NCBI RefSeq assembly: GCF_018350175.1
Contig: NC_058368.1
Span: forward strand, 159,776,001-159,840,000
Origin: Felis catus
Taxonomy: Eukaryota
Direction of reading: 5' to 3'
Length of the DNA: 64,000 nucleotides
Shown here: positions 1 through 12,291 of the stretch, piece after piece
How positions within the stretch are numbered: position 1 is the first letter of the stretch
How the letters are laid out: each line of letters begins with the position of its first letter
Program-made: the position numbers and the translations under genes
Notes under the pieces: generated by a model
Database searches by the model: none
Told to the model about the DNA's origin: nothing
What the model saw: the letters and a program-made list of their open reading frames with translations, nothing else

Positions 1-307
1 ACCCCCCATCAACCCTCAGATTGTTCTCAGTTTTTAAGAGTCTTTTTTGGTTTGCCTCCCTCCCTCTCTAACTTTTTTTTTCCTTCCCCTCCCCCATGGT
101 CTTCTGTTAAGTTTCTCAGGATCCACATAAGAGTGAAAACATATTGTAGCTGTCTTTCTCTGTATGACTTATTTCACTTAGCATCACACTCTCCAGTTCT
201 ATCCACGTTGCTACAAAAGGCCATATTTCATTCTTTCTCATTGCCACATAGTATTCCATTGTGCATATAAACCATCTACACATTCAATGCAATCCCAGTC
301 AAAATTT
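1..307 (-). mobile_element. Young truncated L1, 3' end (antisense), with a short inverted ORF2 piece at 274-307
   Basis: 1-274 is the reverse complement of about 52560-52840 of the full-length L1 in this window. 274-307 matches 51358-51391 in sense (31/34). The element runs off the left edge. Confidence 0.9.
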
Positions 308-427
308 GTTTTGTTTTAGAGCTAGCTGAGGCCATAGAACTTGTGGCATAAGACTTTAAAGTATATAAAAAACATTCTGATGGTGATTTACAAGGCACAG
401 TGCAGAACTGAAAACAGAGAAAAGAAA

Positions 428-522
428 CAGTTACCAACTGGACTAAGCAGTGTCTCAGTGAGCAGAAATTTCAGTTTTAAAACCAGGAAAACCCCAGGCA
501 AACCAGGATGAGCTAGTTATCC
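428..522. mobile_element. MER94-like hAT-Blackjack MITE
   Basis: tttcagttttaaaaccaggaaaaccccaggcaaaccaggatgagctagttatcc resembles the recalled MER94 core. Confidence 0.55.
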
Positions 523-2136
523 ATAAAAAAAAAAAAATTAAAAAGAAGGAATATATTTAACCCCAGGAAAGATCCAGAGTGGATAAAATTGATTCACGCT
601 ATTCAATGATTATCAATATTAGTAATAGCATCTGGATAAATATAATGAATTCTTCAAACAAAATACAAGGGTCAGTGGATGAACAGGATTGACATTGTTC
701 CTCACATTAATGCAGAGATTTGCATGAAAGTCAAAATTGTCCAGCTGGAGCAGAAAATAGCACAATCCCTGTGGCTTGTGGCTTTAAAATAACAGCACTG
801 GATATCTCAGCATAGGATCAAATGGCTGAACTAGAGCTGCTTTTTTTTTTCCTTTTCTTTTTTGACTGATGTGAAAAGGTTTGACTGTGTATCCCCCTAG
901 CCTCTAGCCCTGGAAACCTCTACTCCAAAGGAAACTGCTGACCAGAAAATCTTTCATTGCTACAGGGCATCTTGTTGTGATGCACTCTTTTTTACAAACC
1001 ACAAAACAGGAACTGCATTTCGTCCCTACGTATTTATGGCATCACTTTTGTTCAAAAGTAATCCATACCTTGGCACTTGGAGAAAGGAGGCTAGACGTGG
1101 TGTTGGTAATGGTATTAATTAAATCAACTATTTATGATTTCCTCTAAAGCTCTTTATTCACACAGCCTAGAGCAACAACACAACAGGGCAGCAGCAGTCA
1201 AATCGGTAGAAGAGCGGATAGAATTAACAGGGTGATCCTAAAGTGCAATATGCCATTTTACTCTAAAAGTCTCCCTTCAACTAAGCACTAAATTGGATTT
1301 TATTGGGCAAGCCCCAACCGCTCAATGCTTTTATGAGTCCCAACAACCACAGCATTATTGTTCATCCACATTGCTTTGGAATGCTGAGCGATAATAAGGG
1401 AGAATAACAGGTCATTCCAAATGGAGATCTTCTTACTGTGTAGAAGTTGAATGTGTCTGTTTTCCATGAGAATTCTTCCTGCCTAAAGCTCTATTTCTTA
1501 AGTGGTGTTTAAGTGGCTTCCCCACCAGCAGAGTGGTGAGCGTGAGGCCCTGGACATAAAGAAAGGGAATATTATCCTTTGTTTCCTTATCTGCTTCAAA
1601 GTCAGCATCTTTGATCTTTGTCTTTATAAATATGTGCGCAAAATTTTATAGCAGCTGTTCCTTTATCCGTTCATGCTTATTATATGAATATAATAATGGG
1701 GGGGAGGGGCCGCAGGAGTGGTACTGAATGGGCACAGTTCACTTAGAGCACACTAGAGGGAAAAGGAAAACATGAATACAGAGAAATCCAAAGTCAGCTT
1801 CCAGTTAGGGGTGATCATCAATGACAGGGCAGCAGGGATAGAAGTAAGTTTCTGAAAGTAAAAACAGATGTCATTTTTATTTCACTTAAATCATTTGAAA
1901 TAGTGTGAGGAGGCATTAGGGAGGAGTGGTAGTTTTATGTTTTGGATGATAGGTCACCAGAATCAACATTAAAATGGATTTTTGCCTCTGAATACTGACA
2001 AATTGATCAGCATATCAGGAGGAGTAGAAGACTACTAAGGGATAAGAGGAGTTATTAAAATCATATGGCAGATACCCCTCAACATAAAGTCTCATGTCGG
2101 TATTGGGCAAATTATCATGCAAAATTATTTGGCTTT

Positions 2137-2347
2137 ATTTTTTTTTATATGAAATTTATTGACAAATTGGTTTCCATACAACACCCAGTGCTCATCCCAA
2201 AAGGTGCCCTCCTCAATACCCATCACCCACCCTCTCCTCCCTCCCACCCCCCATCAACCCTCAGTTTGTTCTCAGTTTTTAACAGTCTCTTATGCTTTGG
2301 CTCTCTCCCACTCTAACCTGTTTTTTTTTTTTCCTTCCCCTCCCCCA
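2137..2347 (-). mobile_element. 5'-truncated L1 3' UTR (about 210 bp)
   Basis: Reverse complement of about 52735-52950, with poly-T at left. TSD tggcttt at 2130-2136 and 2348-2354; TTT/AAA target. Confidence 0.93.
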
Positions 2348-3043
2348 TGGCTTTAAAGGCCAATAGATGGATTCTGATGGCTAATAGTTTTAACCATCAG
2401 GTTTGTATTGTGTAACATATCATTTTAAACAACAGGTCAAGGTTTGAGTCTTCTTCACGGAGTCCACATCAACTATTAGTCTTCAACAAACATCCTTACA
2501 AAGCTCAAGGCAGAATACCAATCAGGCCAGGTACTCATTCTTTCTCCTCTATATAGGAGAGCCTTTGAAGTAAATGAAGCTTCATGCATGGAATAGATGA
2601 AGAGACCCATGCATTGGGATGGAAATGAGACTGAATAAGAAGTTAACAAGTGAGAGAGTTTCTAACTTGATAGTGAATTAAATAATTGAAGTCTAATCTA
2701 GCTATTCTGCTGACTTCTGGTGCCATTTTTCACTTTATTATGTCCCTTGGTTTTCTGTCTGCAAAATTAGAAGCAGTAATCCTACACTGAATGTGGAGAA
2801 CACCAGGTTATTGCACCAAGTGTTGCAAATTATCACAGACACTTGGGCCTAAGGCTTGGAAGAAATTGGGGCATGCCTAAAATAAATCACATCCCAGGAA
2901 GATAAATTGTTTCATAAAAATTAAAACTATTATCCTCGGTCCCCGTAGTAGACTTCTCAAAGCCTGTGATATTCACTGGAATCAGACCCTGACACTACTG
3001 AGAGAAAAGACTGTGGACGATTTTGTAGATTAATAAAATTTCC

Positions 3044-3249
3044 TTTTTTTTTAATGTTTTATTTGTTTTTGAGAGAGACAGAACATGAACAGGGACAGGC
3101 AGAGAGAGAGGGAGATACAGAATCCAAAGTAGGCCCCAGGCTCTGAGCTATCAGCACAGAGCCCGACATGGGGCTTGAACTCACGAACTGTGAAATCATG
3201 ACCTGAGCCAAAGTCAGACACTTAACCGACTGAGCCACCCAGGCGCCCC
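3044..3249 (-). mobile_element. Can-SINE (SINEC_Fc-like)
   Basis: Antisense tRNA-derived head (tgagccacccaggcgcccc), GA tract, poly-T tail, degenerate TSD. Confidence 0.95.
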
Positions 3250-3683
3250 AATGAAGTTTCTTGACAAATAATTTTTTTCTTTAATCTATCTGCCTGTAAA
3301 ACAATATTTAGAGATAGTTCTTGAATTCAAGATTGGAAAGTCAAATCCATCTCAACATGGGAGAAAGACTGTTTCTAAAGATTTTCTATAAAGGAAATCC
3401 AATTAACAGATCAAGCTTCCTATATATTTCATGCAGTTGTTGAAATAAATAACTAAGAAAACTAAAGCTCAAGCAATTTGCTTGTAGGAAGTACCACGTA
3501 AATGCAAGTGTTCATCTCAACATTGCAGGAGTGCTCCACCAGTGGTTTCCAACTCACCAGTTCTGGTTTCCAGAGATTCTGTATACCTTTGACCCTCTGT
3601 TATTCAAAAATTGGATACAAGTAGTAAACTTCTCCCTCAAAATGAGGTTTTAAGGGGATTTTCAAAATTGAAAATTCCTTTTT

Positions 3684-3905
3684 TTTTTTAAACTTTTTTT
3701 TTCAACGTTTATTTATTTTTGGGACAGAGAGAGACAGAGCATGAACGGGCGAGGGGCAGAGAGAGAGGGAGACACAGAATCGGAAACAGGCTCCAGGCTC
3801 TGAGCCATCTGCCCAGAGCCCGACGCGGGGCTCGAACTCACGGACCGCAAGATCGTGACCTGGCTGAAGTCTGACGCTTAACCGACTGCGCCACCCAGGC
3901 GCCCC
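3684..3905 (-). mobile_element. Young felid Can-SINE
   Basis: CpG-rich body. Perfect 15-bp TSD tgaaaattccttttt at 3669-3683 and 3906-3920. Confidence 0.97.
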
Positions 3906-4718
3906 TGAAAATTCCTTTTTCATAACTTCTCAAATTTTAAAAGCAAAAGATAAAATAGTAGATTAAAAAAAGAAAACAAAGAGGTTAATAGCTGAGCTGG
4001 TAACAGGTTAGCATTCTGATATTAGGCAGATACAACTAGGAATTGGTTAGATATAGAAGTGTTATTCTCAAATGGTTCAGAAATATAAACAATTGGGAAT
4101 CTGAGTAAACGGTATAGTGGAACTCTGTGCATTTTACTACAACTTTAGTAAATTTGAAATCATTTCAAGACTAACACTTTTTAAAAATAGAAGTAGTTTT
4201 TAAAACAAAAGAAAATGTTTTTCTAGACCAGCAATTCCCAAAGAGTGGTGGTGTCTGGACCAGCATCATCACATAAAAACGTGTTAGGAATGCAAGTGTC
4301 ATATTTAATGAAGAATCTGTTATTCACTGCAAGAGAAACTTTGCCAGACTGAGAAGCCAAATGATACGGACAATAAAGGGAAGGACCCATATGCAGATAT
4401 GCCTCTTGGTTAGTGGGGAGACACCTCAGGCACAGGAGAGAGATAGGAATCCAAGACAGGAATCCATCTGAGGTAGTGGGTACACAAGCAATCCAAAATC
4501 CTGGGCTCTCTTTATCTGAATCTTTATGTTGGGGATGACCTGGCCCATGTGAAGGTAGAAATCTCACTACTCGGGAGAGCTAAAAACACAAGAACCTTGA
4601 CTTTGACAGTGGGCAGAAAGAAGGTAATGGGCTAATACTGGATTAAATATTCCTAGAGAGTATATACTCCTTGAAAAATTACTACATTCATAATAACATC
4701 CCCAAAATAGCATTTTTA

Positions 4719-4918
4719 TAAACTATTTTATTTTATTTTTTAATGTTTATTTTTTTGAGAGAGTGGGAGAGGGGCAGAAAGCAAGGGAGACAGAGGATCC
4801 GAAGTAGGCTCCACACTGACAGCAGAGAGCCAGAGGTGGGGCTTGAACCCATGAACCATGAGATCATGACCTGAACCAAAATCAGATGCTTAACTGACTG
4901 AGCCCCTCAGGCGCCCCT
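4719..4918 (-). mobile_element. Can-SINE
   Basis: TSD aaaatagcattttta at 4704-4718 and 4919-4933. Confidence 0.95.
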
Positions 4919-5414
4919 AAAATAGCATTTTTAATACTATGTCAACTGTGATGACTTACAATAAGCTTTCACTTTAAATCTGAAGACGATATACATGCTC
5001 ACTGTCCTCATATAACTCATAAATAGCCTAAGATAAGTACACAGGAGCAATTATTCCACAAGTAAGGTACAAATCTCCATAGCATTTTAGTGGAAGGGTA
5101 GTTATCATTTAGTTGTAGCAGAGGGTCAGAAAAGGTAAAGTTGATGTTTGAAGTGGAACTAGAAAGCACAGTCTTGAAAGAAAAACTGCATATTTCTCTC
5201 TTTGCGATTTCTAATGAGAAGAAAAGTTTCTGGTGAAGGGAGGACCAGGATGCGAACTTTTAGCATGGGCCTTGTATAGCAATGGTTTGACGAATCAAGA
5301 TAATGAACCAGAATTGGGAGCCAAAATGAAATTCATATAGAAAAGAACATTTCAGATCTAGAGAGTCTATGGAAAATAGTGATTACAACAGAGCAGAGAG
5401 ACAGAATTTACCAG

Positions 5415-5608
5415 CATAGCACTGAACTGTGACTGGGACGCAGAATATGGGGCTCTAGTCTCAGCAAAGCCATCAGGTAACTGTGTAGTCTGGACGATTC
5501 ATTTACCCTTTCAAGACCTCAATTCAATTTATAAAATAGGAGGTGAGAGGGGAGGGGCTCTGAGTAATGATCTCTAAGTCTCCTCCTTCTCTGAGAGCGA
5601 TATGGTTT
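5415..5608 (+). mobile_element. MIR/MIR3 ancient SINE
   Basis: MIR-core-like sequence (taactgtgtagtctggacgattcatttacccttt...tataaaatagg) and a tgatctctaag 3' end. Confidence 0.55.
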
Positions 5609-6587
5609 CCAGAACACAGAAGCTCAGGAAATATGGATTGATTTGAGAGACAGCTGAAAAGCCTGCCTTCTGCAGGTGGCTTTGAAGATGCTCTTACAGA
5701 ATTAGAAACAGAAACTGACTTGCCAGTTCAGCCTGGGCCTGCAAGCTTTGTCTGCTATGATTAGCACATCCTCATACCTGGACACTATCTTCAGAAAGAT
5801 TGCTAGCTGCTGCCATTATTGTAGAGAAGTCACTGTAGGACACCATCAAAATATGGTGTCCCTCTGAGAGGAGCTAACCCTTCAGGCCATGAAATCAAAT
5901 AGTTTTATTTTCAATTATGAAGTAAACATTTTCAAGCAACCCACCTAAATATTACAGTCCACGCAAATTAATAAGGTGGTTGTAGACAGAACTCCATGGA
6001 TGAAATTCTTTTTAAAGCAGTTGTAGCCTAAGGTCCCCAGTTTTACCTGGCAGAATGAAGCTGAGGTGAACTCATCACTCTTCATGGCCTCCAAACAAGG
6101 AACGTCAAACAGGAACACCTGGGCCCGATTAGAAACTTCATTTTCCTTATGTAGTAACTTTTATTGTCAAAATTATTGCTCCAGCTATCCAATGTGTTTT
6201 ACCTGGCTCTAGGCAACCAAAGAGACTTAAGCTGGAAATTACCTGTGAAATCTCCATAGTATGGACAGATAAAAGATCCAGGTGCTTCCTGTGACAAGCA
6301 GCACAGAAGCCTGCAATATTGATCGGTTGCCTAAATTTACTAAGAAAATCTGGGCAGAGCAAATTTACTTGAAATTTATGTGCCAACAAGTACTGTAAAT
6401 TATAAAGAGAACTCACACTGGAAAAAATATCCTTTACTTTAATTATTTTCCCCCATTAGTGATATGATCTTTGAATTTGGAAACCAAATTACTATAGACA
6501 GACAAACTACCTATTGGTTAAAATAATAAGGATAACCATTTTTGTATCATTATCTTATATGTAGCTATCTTAATGAGTAGTTTTCTT

Positions 6588-6793
6588 TTTTTTCTTGAGT
6601 TTATTTATTTATTGGGGGGGGGGGGGCGGGTGGGAGGCAGAGGGGCAGAGAAAGAAGGAGAGAGAGAATCTCAAGCAGACTCTGCACTGTCAGTGCAGAG
6701 CCTGACGCGGAGCTCAAACTTATGAACCACGATCATGACCTGAACCAAAATCAAGAGTCAGACACTTAACCAACTGAGTCACCCACGCACCCC
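6588..6793 (-). mobile_element. Can-SINE
   Basis: TSD agYagttttctt at 6576-6587 and 6795-6806. Confidence 0.93.
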
Positions 6794-6823
6794 AAGCAGT
6801 TTTCTTAATAGTGTCTATTGGTA

Positions 6824-6989
6824 GGGGTGCCTGGGTGGCTCAGTCAGTTTAGCTTTCAACTTCAGCTCAGGCCATGATCTCATTGTTTGTGAGTTCAAGC
6901 CCCACATTAGGCTCTGTGCTGACAGCTCAGAGCCTGGAACCTGCTTTAGATTCTGTCTCCCTCTCTCTTTGCCCCTTTCCCGCTCACAT

Positions 6990-7026
<37 letters not shown>

Positions 7027-7075
7027 CTCTCTCTCCCTCTCTCTCTCTCAAAAATAAATAAACATTAAAAAAATT
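6824..7075 (+). mobile_element. Can-SINE
   Basis: ggggtgcctgggtggctcag head, (CT)n, A-tail. TSD at 6807-6823 and 7076-7092 (14/17). Confidence 0.95.
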
Positions 7076-8642
7076 AATAGTATCTGTTAGTAAATACAAG
7101 AAGGGAAATAGGCCTTATATACATAATGTTTATATTCACAAATTACTGCAGACATTCTTCCAATTTTAATGGCTAACTTTTTATTCTAAGCATATAAAAA
7201 CAGGGGAATACAATGTTTTTATGAAAATGTTCCTAATTAAATTTAACTCAAACCTAAACATTCTCCCTCCCCCCTAAAAAATTCTTGAATGCTATACTTT
7301 CATAAAACCCCCACCAACAAATAACATCTTGTGAAATTTCTAAGAATCTATTATTTAATAACTTTAATTCATTTTTATTGATTTTTTTTATTTTTATCAT
7401 CAATGAGAAAAGTTAGTTTGCCATACAATTTTCAGTATCTTGTGTGGGCTCTGATAGATTCAAGTTGATGTTTTTGTCCATCCTAACTAGTCCCCAGCGA
7501 CAACTTGCTAACGCCCTTTTGAACAACAAGAACTAAGAGCAGAGTTGTTCTGATCTATGATGTGAAAATACAAAGAGAGAATGCTATTTAAGAAGAAATT
7601 TGCTTAAAGAGCCAGTCTAATTAAGTAGAGGATTCTGCGTAATGAAATATAGATACTGTCTGCCGGATGAAGAAGCCCTGCTTCTGGAAACCAACAAAGC
7701 CTCAGAGTAAAGGCTTCATTCTGCACATCAGTCTAGACTTCTTTATTAGCACTGGGAACACATTCACAGGGATAAAAGAAAGTGTCTCTCATTCTTTGCT
7801 TTCCACATACCAGACACAGATTATTGTTACAGGGCATGGATAATGGACTACTATCTTTCATAATATAAAAGAAACATGCATTCAAAACTTCTTTTACAGA
7901 GCTGTTAGTGACTCCATATTTTCAATGTCAAACAATGTTAGTAGGTTTTATTCTTTTGAGATAAATAGAGCCAGAAATATGGAAGCCTTCCCCAGTCTGC
8001 ATTAGAACAGAGAAATTGAACCGTAAGTTGTAGAGATGTTAATCATAGATGGCTATCTTAAAGGATGACAAAGGACTGTTACATGAAGGTATGGGGAAAT
8101 GAGTGTATAAGGAGTTGAAGGATTGGCAAGATAAGTGGAGTTGGGGACAGAGTTTGCAGAGATGATTCTAGATTAAGGTAGGGGTTCTGGAGAACAAAGT
8201 TCAGAAAAAAATTTGGAGCTTTTAGGGGATAGTTTAATCCAATTTTAAAGCTATTTGAAGGAAAATACAATAAGAATTGAAGTAAGAGAGCAGTCAACCT
8301 GGGATAGTATAGTAAGATGCTGCATTTCAAAAACAAAGAAGAGGCAATGTGAGTAATATATGTCAGAAACTTTGGCCGATCAGAACTCAGTTAATACCTA
8401 GGAAAGAAATTGCAAATAAAGCTGAATATACCTTGAAAAAAGAAGATTCTTACTACTGAAGGATATAATATAAGAAAGTTCCATAGTGACCTGGAATGAA
8501 AGATGGTCAAGTTAGAGACCTAGGAAGAAATAGATATGTCCTGAGGAAGCTAGTCAGTTTAAAGAGATGTAACATGAAGATTTCTCTCTCTTTGGAAAGT
8601 CCTTCTCCTTCAGCACACATGTACTCATGCATGTATGCACAC

Positions 8643-8644
<2 letters not shown>

Positions 8645-8673
<29 letters not shown>
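8645..8673. repeat. (CA)n microsatellite
   Basis: Direct reading. Confidence 0.95.
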
Positions 8674-8676
<3 letters not shown>

Positions 8677-9409
8677 TCACTCACAAATACACATTGAAAT
8701 TTCACTAAAATTTAACACAGGAAATGGTGACCAAAATAATTTTTGGACACTTCTCTTTAGTGAAAGACTTTGAGATGCAACTTTTATCAAAGAGAACAAA
8801 TGTGTCATGGGCAGAATGTTAATAACATTTGTGGGGAAAAAAAACTAATATTGTTTGAATCAGGTATTCTTGAAGAAATTCATCTCTTCAATACAGTTAA
8901 TCACTTGAAACTAAAAAACTAAAGAGAAATTGTTTCTTCATCATTTCTTTTGCCTCTGCATTCCCCATCAAATTTTCCATTCTCCTAAACCATGTCAGCT
9001 TTGTGGAAAAACTGAATGAGAACTTTTCTAGCAACTATGCCTCTTGTCAATAAAGGTCTGGTATAACATCTGACCTAATTATATACAGATAGAGTCATCA
9101 TCATTACAATAATTTTTATACTTCAAAATCAAATAGTTCATTTCAGGAATGAATATTTCATGACATAGACAGACTTTGACCCTGTTATGTCTTAGTCTTT
9201 CAAAAAGTAAGGAGCAATTTTTTGAAAGAGAAAAGAAGGAAAGTATTCTTTGTTTGATGATGATTTTCATTTTGAATTCTATTTTTGGAAGCTAATATCT
9301 TACTTTAACTAAATTGTCTGAGAATTTGTCCCAGTGTTATTAAGTTCTATATGTTTTAATTGCTCTATAATTAAGGCATACCATCAACGGTCCTGTACCT
9401 GAGTAACTC

Positions 9410-10960
9410 CATTCCTTCATTTACCAACATTTACTAGGCACATGTTTTATTCCAGGTATTGTTACAGGCACAGAAAATATAAAGAGAACCCATCCCATCT
9501 GCCTTCCTAAAGTTGAGTCTCTTGGAAAAAACAAACAAAACAATAATTACAAAACAATATGTCTTTGCTGAGATTCAAGAAAGATATCCTGGGTGCCATG
9601 GTGCTTGAAGTATCAAGCAACTGGATGAAAAGGAGAAATTGGTGTTCCAGGCAGTGGTATCGACATATACAGTGCTGTAGAGGTATGAGTACTTTGGTGG
9701 ATTTGAGAAATTGCCTGTGGATAGAGAAAAGGAGAGTAGAGAGTGGAGGAGATGAGATTTGAAAGTAGAAAGATTAGTCTTATGTGATAAATTGAGGAGT
9801 TTGAACTGAAGTCTACTCTCATAAAGTTAAAGGAAACTTCTGGAGGATTAAACAAGGAGTAACTTCAACAGGTTTTCATTTTAGACTGCCCACTCTGTAA
9901 GCAAGATGGAAAATGAATTAGTGGGTAAAACCATGAGAAGAGCTATGCCAAAGCAGGGTGTGTGGGCCTTGCCAAGGGTTAGGCAAGAAAACAAGTTCAT
10001 TACTGGATGTTTTAATTTGCAATTAGATTAACTCAAATCAGCCCATTTTAAACTTGGAAGAAAAACACCTAATTTATTGACAGTTATACTGGAAAGGCAA
10101 GGATGAAACTGGATTTACTCAAGATTGAACAAATAGCATCAAAGCATGTCATCAGAACTCAATCCTTCCCCTCTACATCTGCCCATGTGTTGAACTCACC
10201 TTGTCAGGCTTCTCTGTGTGTTGAGGAACTTGGCATTCTCAGGATCATTTCTTTTGAGCTCAGAAAACATAAGTAAAAGAAGGTCCCACTCTACCTTCAA
10301 TTCAGAAAATTCTGGAGGCAGATGGCCTGGCTGGGTCTTGTGCTTTTTCATGAAGCATTGTGGTTACAAGGATGGAGCATTCTAATTGACCACGTGTGGG
10401 TGCTCATCTCCATGGCCATGGGGGCAGAAGACTATGATAGGCAAACCAAAAACACCTAGAAAGGTAATATGTAAGGATCTGTTACCTAAAGGAAAGATGG
10501 GTACTATATGCAGAAAATGGGAAGAGATTTTGTATAGACAGAAATAACAAATGTCCACTATGGTTTAGCAGCTAGGTGGATACTGACAAGGACATGAATT
10601 CATTTGGGAAATTATTGGTTAAAGAAAAGAACAGATCTAGGAGATATTTAGCAAGCAAATTGATAGGACTTGACAAGTGCCCCATAGGATTGTGGGTAAC
10701 CAGTTTTGAACAAGATGGTATGGCATTTGAATTTTCTGTCAGGAATAGAAATTGTGTAAATAGGAAAAGCCGAATCCCAAAAATGTAGCTGCATCTGGCA
10801 TTGTGTTTAACAGATATAGCTACTAAAAGAGAGATTTGGGGAGAGGTGAGAAAGAGGGAGAAGTTAGAAATCACCTCTATTTATCTGCTTAGACCTAATG
10901 AATGGTGCCATTAACCTCAGTGGGAAATAAACTATTGGGAAAGATGGTCTATTGTTTTTG
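9410..10960 (-). mobile_element. L2 fragments (about 9410-9950 and 10570-10960) interrupted by a MaLR LTR
   Basis: Antisense L2 3' end (attccttcatttaccaacatttactaggc) followed by a typical purine-rich antisense L2 body. Boundaries approximate. Confidence 0.6.
9960..10561. mobile_element. MLT1-type MaLR solo LTR
   Basis: Ends in the MLT1-like terminus aacaaatgtccacta; internal aatttattgacag and tctaattgacc motifs. Confidence 0.5.
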
Positions 10961-11049
10961 GTGGTGTCTGGAACATTAGAAGTCTGACACATCACCACAA
11001 AAAGAGATAACAAGGAATTGGTGCCAAATTGTCATCCCATGGGGTATCC

Positions 11050-11237
11050 TGATACAGTAGTTTCAGAGCAAAACAAACCTGAATTAGGATCCCAAGGCCT
11101 ATCTGGATAGTTGTATGACTCTAATCAAGTTGACTATCAACTGGTTCTTCAAATATAAAATGGGGAAAATGGCAACACCCCCATCATATGTAATGTACAT
11201 AAGTTGTCCGGCATATAAAAAGAATTCAATAAATTGC
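11050..11237 (+). mobile_element. MIR
   Basis: tatgactctaatcaagtt...tataaaatgggg core and an attcaataaat end. Confidence 0.55.
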
Positions 11238-11544
11238 ATGTTCCCTTCTGACCAGCACCCAAAGGAAATAAATTACCAAAGACTGAGTACTAATTCAAAG
11301 TGAAAAGAGGAGTATTTATCCAGTCCATACTATGTTCCAGGACTCCTGAGTATATGATACTATATAAAAGAGGCAGCACTTCTAACCTCAAGGAGTTTTC
11401 ATTCTTATTGGGATTACAAAACAACATAATTTCAGAATGGAAAAAGTATTTTGAAGGAAATAAACAGGATGATGTGATAAAGGGAAACTGCAGTAAGCCC
11501 TACTAACTGACAGGTGATTACTTTAGACTTTTCCATCCTGGAGA

Positions 11545-11905
11545 AGAGAGAAATTTACCTTTAACAGAAATGATACCTACTCCACACATGGCTTTACCTT
11601 CCCAGAAACTCCCACCAACACCATCCTCCAGAGACTTAGAGAATACCTGACTGGTTTGTGTGGAATCTCACACAATATTGCCTCAAAGCAATTTAGAACG
11701 TTTTGGGACCAAAAAAAAAGTGCAAGAATGGGAAAGTAACCACAGGATCCACCTGCCCCAGCATATACCATGCCACTCTTGAAACAGCAATGGAATGGGC
11801 TGGTACAAGCTCAGGTAAGAGATTGGATTGGGACCAACACCCTTCAGAATTGGGGCATATTCTTCAAAATACAGTTTATCCACTGAATCACCAACTGATT
11901 CTCTA
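11545..11905 (+). pseudogene. ERVL (class III endogenous retrovirus) integrase remnant
   Basis: Frameshifted translation DTYSTHGFTFP...LCGISHNIASKQ / KVQEWESNHRIH...HIPCH / WNGLVQAQVRDWIGTNTLQNWG / ILQNTVYPLNHQL is collinear with the ERVL integrase core as I recall it (DTYSGYGFAFP...GIPHSIASDQG...WNGLLK...NTLQGW...LQKAVYALNQ). Confidence 0.8.
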
Positions 11906-11989
11906 ACTCTATAATGTAGATCTATGATACAGGACCACTAGTAATCATATATGTACAATATGTATGCAAAGAAATTGATACTCCATAGG

Positions 11990-12291
11990 ACAACTCTTTT
12001 CCAATGAGGGGAGAGAGATTGTCAGTGACATCTGCTATTTTCTGTCCCTGGTAGAGCAAGGGATAAGTTCTGTGATGTAATCCATATAGCTCCTCAGAAC
12101 ATCCCTAGAGGATCAAGCAGAGTTGACCATAGTATTGATCAACTAGAGAACACACCATTTGGAATTGGCTTTGACTCTCTCTCTTTCCCCTGTTTTATTC
12201 CCCCTGTCCTACCCTCCTATCTCCCTAGATCACCTCCCCAAATAAACAAGCTCTTATCTCCAGCTCTGCTTTCTAATGACTCAGGCTCAGA
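11990..12291 (+). mobile_element. LTR16-like ERVL LTR
   Basis: gatcacctccccaaataaac...ctccagctctgctttct...ctcagac resembles the LTR16-family 3' end, including AATAAA. Confidence 0.65.

Noticed and set aside
3702..3923. SINE-derived ORFs (also 6815-7099, 26538-26720, 38376-38699, 53622-54008, 56620-56820)
   Set aside because: They are translations of Can-SINE bodies, not genes.
5838..5861. 9-bp hairpin ggacaccat-caaaat-atggtgtcc
   Set aside because: A few stems of this size are expected by chance in 64 kb; no other supporting feature.
6243..6330. Possible minus-strand exon (CAG|GTAAT donor, open in all three frames)
   Set aside because: Weak polypyrimidine tract, none of the peptides is recognisable, and no supporting coding exons nearby.
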